The notes under the pieces: generated by a model
The model's database searches: none
Seen by the model: the letters and a program-made list of their open reading frames with translations, nothing else
What the model was told of the DNA's origin: nothing
Assembly (NCBI GenBank): GCA_963734895.1
Contig: CAVTIN010000005.1
Location: forward strand, 279 to 64,278
Reading direction: 5' to 3'
DNA from: an uncultured Chloroflexia bacterium
GTDB lineage: Bacteria; Chloroflexota; Limnocylindria; Limnocylindrales; CSP1-4
Length of the DNA: 64,000 nucleotides
Part shown: one piece after another, positions 38,848 through 48,117 of the stretch
How positions within the stretch are numbered: the stretch's first letter is position 1
Layout of the letters: every line of letters starts with the position of its first letter
Made by a program: the position numbers and the translations under genes

Positions 38848-41196
38848 TCAGAGCCTCACGATCGTCGCGCCGTCACCGCCCTCTCCCCGCTCGCCGGCGC
38901 GGAACGACTTGACCAGGGGATGCGAGCTCGCCTCCGCCCGCACGGCGTCACGCAGGGCCCCCGTTCCGAGCCCGTGGATCACGATGACCTGCTCCAGGCC
39001 CGCCAGGGACGCGTCATCGAGATAGCGAGACAGCGCGTCGAGCGCTTCCTCGACGCGCGCCCCGCGGAGGTCGAGCGATGACGCGACCTCCCGTGCCTTG
39101 GTCAGGCGGAGCGCCGTGGTTCCCGAACCCCCTTCGTCCCCGCGGCCGCCGCTCGGCACTCCCCCGCCGAGCGCCGGCTCCAGGTCGCTCACCGGCACCG
39201 ACACCCGCATCCCGCCCGCTTCGAGCGTCGCCCGCGTCCCACCCTTCTCCAGGGCCGCGATCCGTCCCTCCCAGCCACCGTTGCGGCTCCGGGCACGGTC
39301 GCCAAGCTGCCACGTCCTCGGGACCGCGGGCGCGACGGGCTCGGGTTCGCGGCGTGGTTCCGGCAGATGACCGAGGATCCCCTCTGCCCGCGCGAGCGCC
39401 GCATCGATCGCCGGCGCGGTGACCGTTTCACGTTCCAGGCGCCGGCGAATCCCGGCGACGTCGTCGCGCAGGCTCGCGACCAGGCGTTCGGCCTCCGCGC
39501 GTGCGGCGCTCACCGCCTCCTCGCGCTCGCGCCGCGCCCGGTGCCGCTCCTCCTCCGCTGCCCGCAGCGCTACGGCCGCCCTGGCGTCGGCGGCGCGAGC
39601 CCGCTCCACGGCATCGGCGATCTCGCCTTCCTGGCGCCGGATCGACGCCAGGGTTGCCTCGAACGCGCGCTCGTTCTCGGTCAACCGGCTGCGAGCGCTG
39701 GACACGATCGCCTCTGGCAGCCCGAGGTGCTCGGCGATTGCGAATGCCTGGCTGCCGCCCGGCAGCCCGATCGTCAGACGGTAGGTCGGCGACAGCGTGG
39801 CAAGGTCGAACTCCACGGACGCATTGCGCGCCGTGGGCGTCTCGTGGGCGTAGACCTTGATCTCCGCGTAGTGCGTCGTCGCAGCGATCAGCGCGCCCGA
39901 CCGGATGAAATGATCGAGCAGCGCCTGTGCAAGCGCAGAGCCCTCGGTCGGATCGGTGCCGGCGCCCAGCTCATCGAGCAGGACGAGCGTTTCCGGCCCG
40001 GCGTGCTCGACGATCCGGATGATCGATCGTAGGTGACCCGAGAAGGTGGACAGCGACTGGGCGATCGACTGCTCATCTCCGATGTCGGCGAACACGTCGC
40101 GGAACACGGGGAGCTTCGATCCCGACTCGGCGGGAACGTGGAGGCCGGCCTGGTGCATGAGCGACAGGAGGCCGAGCGTCCGCAGCGCCACCGTCTTGCC
40201 GCCCGTATTGGGTCCCGTGATCACCAGCGCGGTGTACCCGTCGCCCAGTCGCAGGTCGATCGGCACCACGCGGCCGGTCAGTCCCGGATGGCGGGCCGAC
40301 AGGAGGACCACCTCGGTCCGTTCCGCGAGCGCGGGCCGGACCCCGTCGAGCTCGGCGGCGAGCTGCGCCTTGGCAGCCCAGAAGTCGAACTGGGCGAGCG
40401 CCTCTAGGGTCTCGCGGAGCAGCGTCGCGTTGGCGCCGACGAGCGCCGACAGCTCGTCGAGGATCCGCCCTTCCTCCTCCTCGACGCCAGATTGGGCCTC
40501 CCGCCAGGCGTTGCCCAGCTCGACGATCACGAGCGGCTCCACGAACAACGTCTGGCCGCTGCCCGACGCGTCGTGAACGATGCCCTTGACCCGGCCCCTC
40601 GCCTCTGCCCGGATCGGAACCACGTAGCGCCCGTTGCGCAGCGTGACGATCGGCTCCTGGAGCGCACTGCCGAGCTCCGACCCGACCAGGCTGTCCAGGC
40701 GCCGGCGGAGCCGATCGTAGGTGACCCGAACGGCCGCCCGCAGACCGCCCAGACGTGGCGACGCGGTGTCCAGCAGCTCACCCACCGGATCGAAGCTGCG
40801 ACTCAGCGTGCTCCGCACCGCCGGCAACGGGTGCAGCCGGCGGCCGAGCTCGCGGAGCAGGGGGCGGCGCTCATCGGCGAGGGCGGTTGCCAGGCGCGTC
40901 GCCGCGTCGAGCGTTTCCGCGATCTCGAGGAAGTGCTGCGGGTCGAGGCGCCCGCCGCGCGCCGCGCGTCCGATCCATGGCTCGATATCGTGGGCGGCAC
41001 CGATCCCGACGCCGGCCCGATCCTGGAGCAGCTGCCGCGCCTGGTCGGTCTCGTCGAGGCTGCGGCTCACGATCACGGCGTCGGATGAAGGCTCGAGCGA
41101 CTCGGCCAGGCGACGGGACGGAGGAAACGAGGTGTGCTCCGCGAGCCGGGCCCGGACGGCCGGAAACTCGAGCAGGGCGATCGAGCGGGCGTCCAT
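38848..41196 (-). CDS. mutS2: Endonuclease MutS2 (MutS-family ATPase with C-terminal Smr domain)
   Basis: Walker A GPNTGGKTV, DELGAGTDP, coiled-coil region, Smr domain (LDLRGARVEEAL...VIVIHGLGTGALR). ATG at 41196. Confidence 0.93.
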   Translation of the reverse strand: MDARSIALLEFPAVRARLAEHTSFPPSRRLAESLEPSSDAVIVSRSLDETDQARQLLQDRAGVGIGAAHDIEPWIGRAARGGRLDPQHFLEIAETLDAATRLATALADERRPLLRELGRRLHPLPAVRSTLSRSFDPVGELLDTASPRLGGLRAAVRVTYDRLRRRLDSLVGSELGSALQEPIVTLRNGRYVVPIRAEARGRVKGIVHDASGSGQTLFVEPLVIVELGNAWREAQSGVEEEEGRILDELSALVGANATLLRETLEALAQFDFWAAKAQLAAELDGVRPALAERTEVVLLSARHPGLTGRVVPIDLRLGDGYTALVITGPNTGGKTVALRTLGLLSLMHQAGLHVPAESGSKLPVFRDVFADIGDEQSIAQSLSTFSGHLRSIIRIVEHAGPETLVLLDELGAGTDPTEGSALAQALLDHFIRSGALIAATTHYAEIKVYAHETPTARNASVEFDLATLSPTYRLTIGLPGGSQAFAIAEHLGLPEAIVSSARSRLTENERAFEATLASIRRQEGEIADAVERARAADARAAVALRAAEEERHRARREREEAVSAARAEAERLVASLRDDVAGIRRRLERETVTAPAIDAALARAEGILGHLPEPRREPEPVAPAVPRTWQLGDRARSRNGGWEGRIAALEKGGTRATLEAGGMRVSVPVSDLEPALGGGVPSGGRGDEGGSGTTALRLTKAREVASSLDLRGARVEEALDALSRYLDDASLAGLEQVIVIHGLGTGALRDAVRAEASSHPLVKSFRAGERGEGGDGATIVRL

Positions 41197-41198
41197 CG

Positions 41199-41936
41199 TC
41201 AGCGCGATGCCGATGCCGGCGACGGCGCCCGCCGACGCGCGGCAGGACCCGAGACGGACGCGCTGCCGGCGACGAGGAACCGCCACGGGACGCTGGCCCA
41301 CGGCTCCCCGGCATAGGCAATGCCGATCCGAGCCGTTGCCAGGATGTCCGGCGCCGGGTCGCTCGCCGGCGCCAGCTCCAGGTGAACGGGCGACGCCGGG
41401 TCGCACAGGTCGATCCCGGTGTGGCGTCGATCGATGTCGAACGCGGCAGCGACCAGTCCGGGTCCCGCGGCGACGCGAGCGTCGGGCACGGCGCGTGCCG
41501 CGTGCCTGCCGCGTGAACGCCGCGCGCGTGCCGACCGCATCTCCTCCACGCCAGCCACCGGCTCGACCGCGCGAATGAGCACCGCCGCGGGCCGCGGAGC
41601 GGCTTCGGTGACGACGTTGAGGCAGTGGTACATGCCGTAGACAAGGTACACGTAGGCAACGCCCGGATCGCCGTACATCACCGCGTTGCGGGCGGTCCGG
41701 CCCATGCGTGCGTGCGAGGCGCGGTCCTCCTCGCCGAGGTACGCCTCGACCTCCACGATGCGCCCGACCCGGCGGGGCGCAGCCGGCCCGTGGGCCGGCG
41801 CATTGATCCGTTCGGAAACCCTGACCAGGCGGGCGCCCAGCACTGCTCGTGCCGCGTCGATCGTGTCACCGGCCAGCAGCCGGCGCGGGAACGGAAGCCC
41901 TGGCGGTGGTCCGCCGCCGCCGGAGCCGACCGTCAC
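41199..41936 (-). CDS. mpg: DNA-3-methyladenine glycosylase (Mpg/AAG family)
   Basis: GRIVEVEAYLGEEDRASHA, AYVYLVYGMYHCLNVV, AAVLIRAVEP, GPGLVAAAFDI. GTG at 41936 overlaps the cvpA stop (GTGA). Confidence 0.85.
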   Translation of the reverse strand: MTVGSGGGGPPPGLPFPRRLLAGDTIDAARAVLGARLVRVSERINAPAHGPAAPRRVGRIVEVEAYLGEEDRASHARMGRTARNAVMYGDPGVAYVYLVYGMYHCLNVVTEAAPRPAAVLIRAVEPVAGVEEMRSARARRSRGRHAARAVPDARVAAGPGLVAAAFDIDRRHTGIDLCDPASPVHLELAPASDPAPDILATARIGIAYAGEPWASVPWRFLVAGSASVSGPAARRRAPSPASASR

Positions 41937-42520
41937 CGGACCCCGTACAGGAGCTTGACCGACTCGGGGATCAGGAACGCGGTGAGCGAGATGAAGTTCG
42001 GGATCACGGTCTGGTGCAGCAGTGCCCCGGTGCCCGACCCGTTGATCGTGTTCCAGAAGTCGCGCAGGAACGGCAGCTCGTCGGAGTCGACAGGAAAGCC
42101 CGGGCGCAGGAAGAACTGGTCCAGGATGATCGTCACGAACAGCAGCAACAGGAAGCCCTGGACGATCCCCAGCACCCCGCCGATGGCCTCGTCGAGCGCC
42201 GGATACTTCACCCACAGCGGCGCCTTCTTGTAGGTGCCCTGGATCACCAGCGAGAACGCGATCACGGCCGCGACGAACACGGCCAGGAAGCCGATCATCG
42301 ACCCGTACTCGGGCGGGAACTGTGTCCAGTTGTCGCCCAGGAACCCGCCGAGCTGCACCTCGACCTGGGCCGCGAACAGGAACGAGAACACGATCGACAG
42401 GATCCCGACCAGGCGTCGGATCGTGCCCTGGATGAAGCCCACGATGAAGAACCCGAACAGGACCAGGATCACCAGGACGTCGAACAGGTTGATCGATCGA
42501 AGGAAGTCAGCGACGTTCAC
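41933..42520 (-). CDS. cvpA: CvpA-family membrane protein
   Basis: INLFDVLVILVLFGFFIVGFIQG..., four predicted TM helices. GTG at 42520 with GAGG upstream. Its position between pheT and mutS2 mirrors the Bacillus yshB locus. Confidence 0.8.
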   Translation of the reverse strand: MNVADFLRSINLFDVLVILVLFGFFIVGFIQGTIRRLVGILSIVFSFLFAAQVEVQLGGFLGDNWTQFPPEYGSMIGFLAVFVAAVIAFSLVIQGTYKKAPLWVKYPALDEAIGGVLGIVQGFLLLLFVTIILDQFFLRPGFPVDSDELPFLRDFWNTINGSGTGALLHQTVIPNFISLTAFLIPESVKLLYGVR

Positions 42521-42631
42521 GCGGGTACCTCGTGACGGCGGCCGCACCCCGGTCGGCCGTTTCCCTGCGCGAAGCGTAGCAGTGCGCTTGGCGCGGTCGC
42601 AATGGGGCGAACGCCCCCCCACCGCACCGGA

Positions 42632-45139
42632 TCATCCACGCAGGCGCCCCCCGATCGTCACCAGCGCCTCGACGATCGCCGCCACGGCGGCGTCGATCTC
42701 GGGCTCGGTAAGCGTCCGATCCGATGCGCCGAAGCGGATGCGAAAGGCGAGGCTCTTCTCGGTGGACGACAGCGGACTCCCTCGGTAGAGATCGAACAGG
42801 CGCACGTCACGCAGCAGGTCGCCGCCACGGGTCGCGAGCAGGGTTTCCACCGCGACCGCCGGCGTCGACTCGGGTACCACGACCGCGAGGTCGCGCTCGA
42901 CCTCGGGGAAGCGGCCCACCGCGGATGCCAGCTCGGGAGTGAGCCGGCCCGAGTCGAGCCCGTCAATGGCGATCTCCGCGAGCAGCACCCGCTGGCCCGT
43001 TCGCAGGCCCCATCCATCGACCAGCTGCGGGTGCGCCTCGCCGAGGATGGCCGCGAGACGACCGGGAATGGCTGCGCGGGCGGTTCGTCCGGGATGGAAC
43101 AGTGGCTCGTCGCCCTCAGCTTCGTAGGCCGGCCGTCCCATGCCGAGCCGCCCGGCAAGCAGCTCGACCAGGCCCTTGGCGTCGTCGAGATCGTACGGAC
43201 GATCCGGGCGGTTCCAGGCCCGCGGTTCGGCGGCGCCGGTGAGCGCAAGCCCGAGGCGCCACCACTCGCGCGGTGCGTCGCCGGTTCGCGCGTATCCCTT
43301 GCCGACCTCGAACACCGCGATGTCACCGGTGCCCCGGCGAAGGTTGGTGCCGACGACGTCGAGCAGGCTGCCCAGCAGGTTCCGACGGAGCAGGGAGTGA
43401 TCCTGCGACAGCGGGTTGGTCACGCCGATGGCGTCGCCCCCTGGCTCCGGCTCACCGCCGACCGACGGAACGTCGCGCCGGAGCACGAACGTCTCGACGT
43501 GCCGCGGCGAGACCAGCGCCGTGGTGATCACCTCGGTCACCCCGGCGCCGGCAAGGGTCTCGCGGATCAGCTCACGGATCTCGAGCGGCGACGGACGATA
43601 GGCCGGCATCTCCGTGTCCGGCCTGATCGACGGTATGAGCTCGTAGCCGCGGACGCGCGCGACCTCCTCGGCCACGTCCGCTTCGACCAGGATGTCCCGC
43701 CGCCAGGTGGGGACCAGCGCCGACAGCGCGCTGCCCGGCGCTGCGTCGATGTGCAGCGGCTCCGGCTCCAAAGCGACCGTAACCTGCGTCGTGCCCAGGG
43801 GCTCCTCCGTCTCGATCCCGACCCGGTCAAGCAGGTCGCGCTGGTCGGCGGCCGACAGCGCAACGCCGAGCAGCCGGCTGACTCGTTCCGGACGGAAGGC
43901 AACGCGCGACGGGCCCGGCTCGATGGGGGCCGTGTCGATCCGTCCGGCGGCGACCGTACCGCCCGCCCATGCCTGGATCAGCTCGGCCGTCCGATCCGCC
44001 CCACGGCGTGCGAGGCGCGACTCCTGGCCCTTCTCGAACCGGCTGCTCGCCTCCGATCGCAGCGCGTGCCGATGCGCCGTTCGACGGACGCTCACGGGAT
44101 CGAAGATGGCCGACTCGATGATCACGTCGGTCGTCGAGTCCGACACCTCCGACGCGGCTCCGCCCATCACCCCGGCGATCGCGAGCGGGCCGTCCAGGCC
44201 CGCGATCAGCAGCGTCTCCGGGTCGAGATCCCGCTCGACGTGGTCGAGCGTCTCGAGTCGCTCGCCCGCCGCAGCGCGGCGGACCACGATCGTCGCGCGC
44301 CCGTCCGGCCCCGCGACCACCGGCGCGGCATCGAACGTGTGGATCGGCTTGCCGAGCTCCAGCATCACGTAGTTCGACGCGTCGACGACGTTGGAGATCG
44401 GTCGCATGCCCGCGGCAAGCAGCCGCATCTGCACGTGATCCGGTGCCGGCCCGACGGTCACCCCGCTGACCCAGCGCCCGACGAACCGCGGGCACAGCTC
44501 TGCATCGCGGACGTCCACGAGCAGCCGTTCTGCCGTTGTCGGGCCGTCGCCCTCGAGGACATCGATCTCCCCTCGCTCGCGGACGGGACGGCCGGTTGCG
44601 GCGGCCACTTCGCGGGCGAGACCCAGGATCGACAATGCGTCACCGCGGTTGGGCTTGACATCGACGTCGAGCACCACGTCGCCGTACAGGTCGGCGAGCG
44701 GGACCCCGAGCGGCGTTCCGGCGGGCAGGATGAGGATCCCGTCGCCGTCGCCGGTCAGGTGCAGCTCCTCGCCCGAGCACAGCATGCCGTTGCTCACGAC
44801 GCCCATCTTCTCGGCACGTTCGATCCGGCGATCGCCCGGCAGGATCGCGCCGGGCAGGGCGACGGGGATCCGCTGGCCCGGGGCGATGTTGGTCGCGCCA
44901 CACACGATCGAGAGCGGCTCACGGCCATCGCCCAGGGTCACGGTGGTGAGCGAGAGGCGGTCGGCGCGCGGATGCTTGTCGACGGTCAGCAGCTCACCCG
45001 TCACGACCTGTTCCCAGTCCGAGCCCCAGCGCTCGATCTTCTGGACCTCCATCCCCAGCAGCGTCAGCCGTTCGGCGAGCTGCTCCGGGGTCAGGTCGAT
45101 GTCGACGAGCTCGCGCAGCCATGACAGGGGAACTCTCAT
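42632..45139 (-). CDS. pheT: Phenylalanine--tRNA ligase beta subunit
   Basis: MRVPLSWLRELVDIDL..., tRNA-binding domain (IVCGATNI), B3/4 and B5 domains, C-terminal FDX-ACB-like domain. ATG at 45139 overlaps the pheS stop. Confidence 0.95.
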   Translation of the reverse strand: MRVPLSWLRELVDIDLTPEQLAERLTLLGMEVQKIERWGSDWEQVVTGELLTVDKHPRADRLSLTTVTLGDGREPLSIVCGATNIAPGQRIPVALPGAILPGDRRIERAEKMGVVSNGMLCSGEELHLTGDGDGILILPAGTPLGVPLADLYGDVVLDVDVKPNRGDALSILGLAREVAAATGRPVRERGEIDVLEGDGPTTAERLLVDVRDAELCPRFVGRWVSGVTVGPAPDHVQMRLLAAGMRPISNVVDASNYVMLELGKPIHTFDAAPVVAGPDGRATIVVRRAAAGERLETLDHVERDLDPETLLIAGLDGPLAIAGVMGGAASEVSDSTTDVIIESAIFDPVSVRRTAHRHALRSEASSRFEKGQESRLARRGADRTAELIQAWAGGTVAAGRIDTAPIEPGPSRVAFRPERVSRLLGVALSAADQRDLLDRVGIETEEPLGTTQVTVALEPEPLHIDAAPGSALSALVPTWRRDILVEADVAEEVARVRGYELIPSIRPDTEMPAYRPSPLEIRELIRETLAGAGVTEVITTALVSPRHVETFVLRRDVPSVGGEPEPGGDAIGVTNPLSQDHSLLRRNLLGSLLDVVGTNLRRGTGDIAVFEVGKGYARTGDAPREWWRLGLALTGAAEPRAWNRPDRPYDLDDAKGLVELLAGRLGMGRPAYEAEGDEPLFHPGRTARAAIPGRLAAILGEAHPQLVDGWGLRTGQRVLLAEIAIDGLDSGRLTPELASAVGRFPEVERDLAVVVPESTPAVAVETLLATRGGDLLRDVRLFDLYRGSPLSSTEKSLAFRIRFGASDRTLTEPEIDAAVAAIVEALVTIGGRLRG

Positions 45140-46185
45140 CGGAACGCCCCCAGGAACCGCAGGTCGTCCTCCATGTACAGCCGCAGGTCGCCGACCGCGT
45201 GCCGCAGGTTCGCGATCCGCTCGACGCCCATGCCGAACGCGAAGCCCTGGTAGCGCTCCGGGTCGATCCCGCCGTAGCGCAGGACGACGGGATGGACCAT
45301 CCCCGCGCCCAGGATCGTCATCCACCCGGTCCGCGAGCAGGCCGGACACCTCTCGCCGTTGCAGATGACGCACAGGATGTCGAATGCGACCGACGGTTCG
45401 GTGAACGGGTAGTAGCCGGGGCGGAACCGGGTGGCGCGGTCGGCGCCGAACATCGCGTGGGCGAACTGGTCGAGCAGCCCCTTGAGGTCCGCCATCGAGG
45501 TGCCCTCGTCGATCATCAGGCCCTCGACCTGGAAGAACTCCGAGGCGTGGCTCGCGTCGACCGCCTCGTACCGGAAGCAGCGGCCGGGCAACAGCGCCCG
45601 GATCGGCGGCCGCTCCTGGTGCATCACGCGGATCTGGCCGGGACTCGTGTGGGTCCGGAGCAGGCGGCCGTCGACGTCGAGGTAGAGCGTGTCCCACAGG
45701 TCCCGGGCTGGGTGATCCGGCGGGATGTTGAGCATCTGGAAGTTGGTGAGGTCGTCCTCGATCTCGGGACCTTCGTAGACGACGAACCCGAACTGGCCGA
45801 ACACCTGGGCGATCTCGCGCGCGGTCTCGATGATCGGGTGGAGGCTGCCTCGGCCGACCGGGCGTCCCGGGGTCGTGACATCAACAGCCTCGGCCGCAAG
45901 CCGCGTCGCCAGCTCCGTGCTCCGGAGCCGGGTCCGCGCGTCCCCGATCGCCGCCTCGACGGCCAGCCGGACCTGGTTCGCCATTGCCCCGACCTTCGGC
46001 CGATCCTCGGCCGGAAGCGCGCCGATGCCGCGCAGGATCGCCGTCAGCCCACCCTTCTTCCCCAGCACGTCGACCTCGAGCGCATCGAGCGCGACCGTGT
46101 CGGGCGACGCTGCAGCAGCGTTGATGGCATGCGATCGCAGTGCGTCGAGGTCCTGCGTGAGCTGGGCGAGATCCATGGGTGGCAA
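45136..46185 (-). CDS. pheS: Phenylalanine--tRNA ligase alpha subunit
   Basis: HPARDLWDT, FRYEAVDASHASEFFQVEG, GFAFGMGVERI. Confidence 0.96.
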   Translation of the reverse strand: MPPMDLAQLTQDLDALRSHAINAAAASPDTVALDALEVDVLGKKGGLTAILRGIGALPAEDRPKVGAMANQVRLAVEAAIGDARTRLRSTELATRLAAEAVDVTTPGRPVGRGSLHPIIETAREIAQVFGQFGFVVYEGPEIEDDLTNFQMLNIPPDHPARDLWDTLYLDVDGRLLRTHTSPGQIRVMHQERPPIRALLPGRCFRYEAVDASHASEFFQVEGLMIDEGTSMADLKGLLDQFAHAMFGADRATRFRPGYYPFTEPSVAFDILCVICNGERCPACSRTGWMTILGAGMVHPVVLRYGGIDPERYQGFAFGMGVERIANLRHAVGDLRLYMEDDLRFLGAFR

Positions 46186-46281
46186 TGGTCCTGGCGGTAG
46201 GGCGGGGTGCTCAGCTCCCGTGAATCACGAACCCCCGAGCGTCGGGGACGTCGAGGGTCGAGAGCGCCACGTGCGGGCGGG

Positions 46282-46632
46282 TCAGGCGCCGCGCGCGACC
46301 TCGGCGATCCGGCCGAAGGTCGCGGCATCACGAACCGCGAGGTCCGCGAGGGTCTTCCGGTCCAGGTCGACACCGGCCTTCTTGAGCCCGGCAATGAACT
46401 TGCCGTAGGTGATCCCGTTGAGGCGGGCGGCGGCGTTGATCCGGATGATCCACAGCTCACGCATGTCGCGCTTGCGCTGCTTCCGGTCGCGGGTGGCGTA
46501 CGCCAGCGCGTGCAGCGTCGATTCGCGCGCCCGCTTGACGAGCTTGCGGTTGGTTCCCTTGCGGCCCTCGGCCGCATTGAGCAGCCGCTTGTGTCGCTTG
46601 TGGGCGGTGACGCCCCGCTTGACGCGTGCCAT
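46282..46632 (-). CDS. rplT: 50S ribosomal protein L20
   Basis: [18 protein letters not shown]...[23 protein letters not shown]. Confidence 0.98.
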   Translation of the reverse strand: MARVKRGVTAHKRHKRLLNAAEGRKGTNRKLVKRARESTLHALAYATRDRKQRKRDMRELWIIRINAAARLNGITYGKFIAGLKKAGVDLDRKTLADLAVRDAATFGRIAEVARGA

Positions 46633-46641
46633 CGATCGCTC

Positions 46642-46839
46642 CTAGAGGTACGGCAGGAGCCGGCGGAGCTGCTCCTGGTGCTCGGGGCCCACGACGGTCT
46701 TGCCCGCGTAGCGGCGGGTCCGACGCGAGGACTTGATCTCCAGGTGGTGCCCGCGCCAGGCCTTCACGCGGGTGAACTTCCCGCTGCCGGTGACGGTGAC
46801 GCGCTTCTGCGTCCCCTTGTGGGTCTTGATCTTGGGCAC
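46642..46839 (-). CDS. rpmI: 50S ribosomal protein L35
   Basis: GTG at 46839 gives (M)PKIKTHKGTQKRVTVTGSGKFTRVKAWRGHHLEIKSSRRTRR..., 65 aa. The longer ORF-track start at 47001 is antisense-like low complexity. Confidence 0.93.
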   Translation of the reverse strand: MPKIKTHKGTQKRVTVTGSGKFTRVKAWRGHHLEIKSSRRTRRYAGKTVVGPEHQEQLRRLLPYL

Positions 46840-46846
46840 GCTGGCC

Positions 46847-47551
46847 TCACTCTCCTGCTGGTGTCGCCTCGGCCGCGGGGGCGGCAGCAGGCGTCGGTTC
46901 GGGTGCGGTTTGGTCTGCCGGCGTCGCCGCCGGCGGAGCTGCGACTGGGGCTTCCTTGCGCTCCGGTTCGGGCTGGGCGGTGACCGCCTGGCTCTCCCCA
47001 TCGGGCCGCGCCCCGGCGATCTTGTGCTCGTGGACCCGCGGCTTGTGGACCGACGCGAGCGTCATGAACATTGACTTGCCTTCGAGCGCCGGCATGCGGT
47101 CCACGGTGCCGTGATCCTTGACCGCCTCGCCGAACCTGGCGAGCAGACCCCGTCCGATCTCCGGGTGGGTCAGCTCTCGGCCGCGGAAGCGGACCGTCAC
47201 CTTCAGGCGATCCCCGTCCTCGAGGAACTCGATCGCGCGGTGGACCTTGGTCTCGAAGTCGCCCACGCCGATCTTGGGCGTGAGGCGAACCTCCTTGAAC
47301 TCCACCGAGCGCTGCTTCCGCTTCGCCTCCTTGTCGCGCTTGGTCAGCTCGTACTTGTACTGACCGAAGTCGAGGAACTTGACGACCGGCGGCGCCGCCG
47401 TCGGCGCGACCTCCACGAGATCGAGCCCACGCTCCTGCGCCATCGCCAAGGCCTGCTGCGTCGGCATGACGCCGAGCTGTGAGCCATCTTCGTCGAGGAC
47501 CCGGACCTGGGGGACACGGATCATCTGGTTGATGCGCAGGTCTCGGCTGAT
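46847..47551 (-). CDS. infC: Translation initiation factor IF-3, probable non-canonical ATC start, Pro/Ala-rich C-terminal tail
   Basis: ISRDLRINQMIRVPQVRVLDEDGSQLGV... The conserved N-terminus extends 9 codons upstream of the first ATG (47524) to ATC at 47549-47551, which has AAGGGA 7 nt upstream. IF-3 N and C domains are followed by ~55 aa of P/A/E-rich tail. Confidence 0.9.
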   Translation of the reverse strand: MSRDLRINQMIRVPQVRVLDEDGSQLGVMPTQQALAMAQERGLDLVEVAPTAAPPVVKFLDFGQYKYELTKRDKEAKRKQRSVEFKEVRLTPKIGVGDFETKVHRAIEFLEDGDRLKVTVRFRGRELTHPEIGRGLLARFGEAVKDHGTVDRMPALEGKSMFMTLASVHKPRVHEHKIAGARPDGESQAVTAQPEPERKEAPVAAPPAATPADQTAPEPTPAAAPAAEATPAGE

Positions 47552-47624
47552 GTCGTGGTTCCCTTTGTTTCGAGATGCTTCAGATTCGCGGCACGCAGGC
47601 TCAGCGCCCTACGCAGCCGCCGCG

Positions 47625-47656
47625 GGAGGATAGCACAGGGTTTCGAACGGTCGCAA
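47625..47656 (-). promoter_or_regulatory. Candidate sigma-70-type promoter for infC-rpmI-rplT (extended -10)
   Basis: The minus strand reads TTGCGA (47656-47651), an 18-nt spacer, then TGcTATCCT (-10 at 47632-47627). The 14-mer CTGTGCTATCCTCC is identical to one upstream of tRNA-Val. It lies about 75 nt upstream of the infC start. Confidence 0.45.
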
Positions 47657-47936
47657 CGAACGGCGACCCCTCCCGGGAGGCCCCGGAACCGCGCCGCGTC
47701 CGGCGCCGAAGGGCTCCGAGACCGAGCCGCCGGGGCTGCCACACGCCGCCTTCCCGAGCACGAATCTCCGGCCGATCGGGGCGACGCTGACAAACCGCAG
47801 CCCGCGTTAGCGCAGCCGCTCGCCGGGCCGGCGGCGGCTCGTCGTCCGGTGGCCCCTTGTGTCCGGCGACGGCTCGATCGCTGCCAGCGAACACTTTGGG
47901 GCGCAAGACCGCAGTGTCGCCGCGTTCGAAGCCCTA

Positions 47937-48103
47937 CGTTCGGCAGTGGCGATGGAAACCGTTCCTGGACCGGCGGCTGGGCAGGTTCGCGAAGATTTCG
48001 TTCGTTGCCGGCGATGGCCCGGAGGCGAGCACGATCGTGGTGCGGCCCTGAGCCCGGCTCGCGCCGATTTCGTTCGCTGCCGGCGATGGCCGGGGCCGAG
48101 CAC
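47937..48103. repeat. Imperfect direct repeats in the thrS-infC spacer
   Basis: GATTTCGTTCG(T/C)TGCCGGCGATGGCC occurs at 47994-48019 and 48066-48091 (72-nt period; similarity extends to about 46 nt). A weaker third copy, CGTTCGGCAGTGGCGATGG, lies at 47937-47955. Each copy contains a small CCGGC-N4-GCCGG hairpin on the minus strand. Confidence 0.7.
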
Positions 48104-48117
48104 TCCGCCTGGGCGCC

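Noticed and set aside
46233-46247. Hairpin CCCCGA-N3-TCGGGG downstream of rplT as an intrinsic terminator
   Set aside because: The stem is short (6 bp) and the downstream tract (GUUCGUGAUUC) is only weakly U-rich. It is not convincing enough to annotate.
47937-48103. Direct repeats considered as a possible mini CRISPR array
   Set aside because: There are only two good copies plus one weak copy. The repeats are imperfect, the 72/62-nt spacing is irregular, and there are no cas genes in the window.
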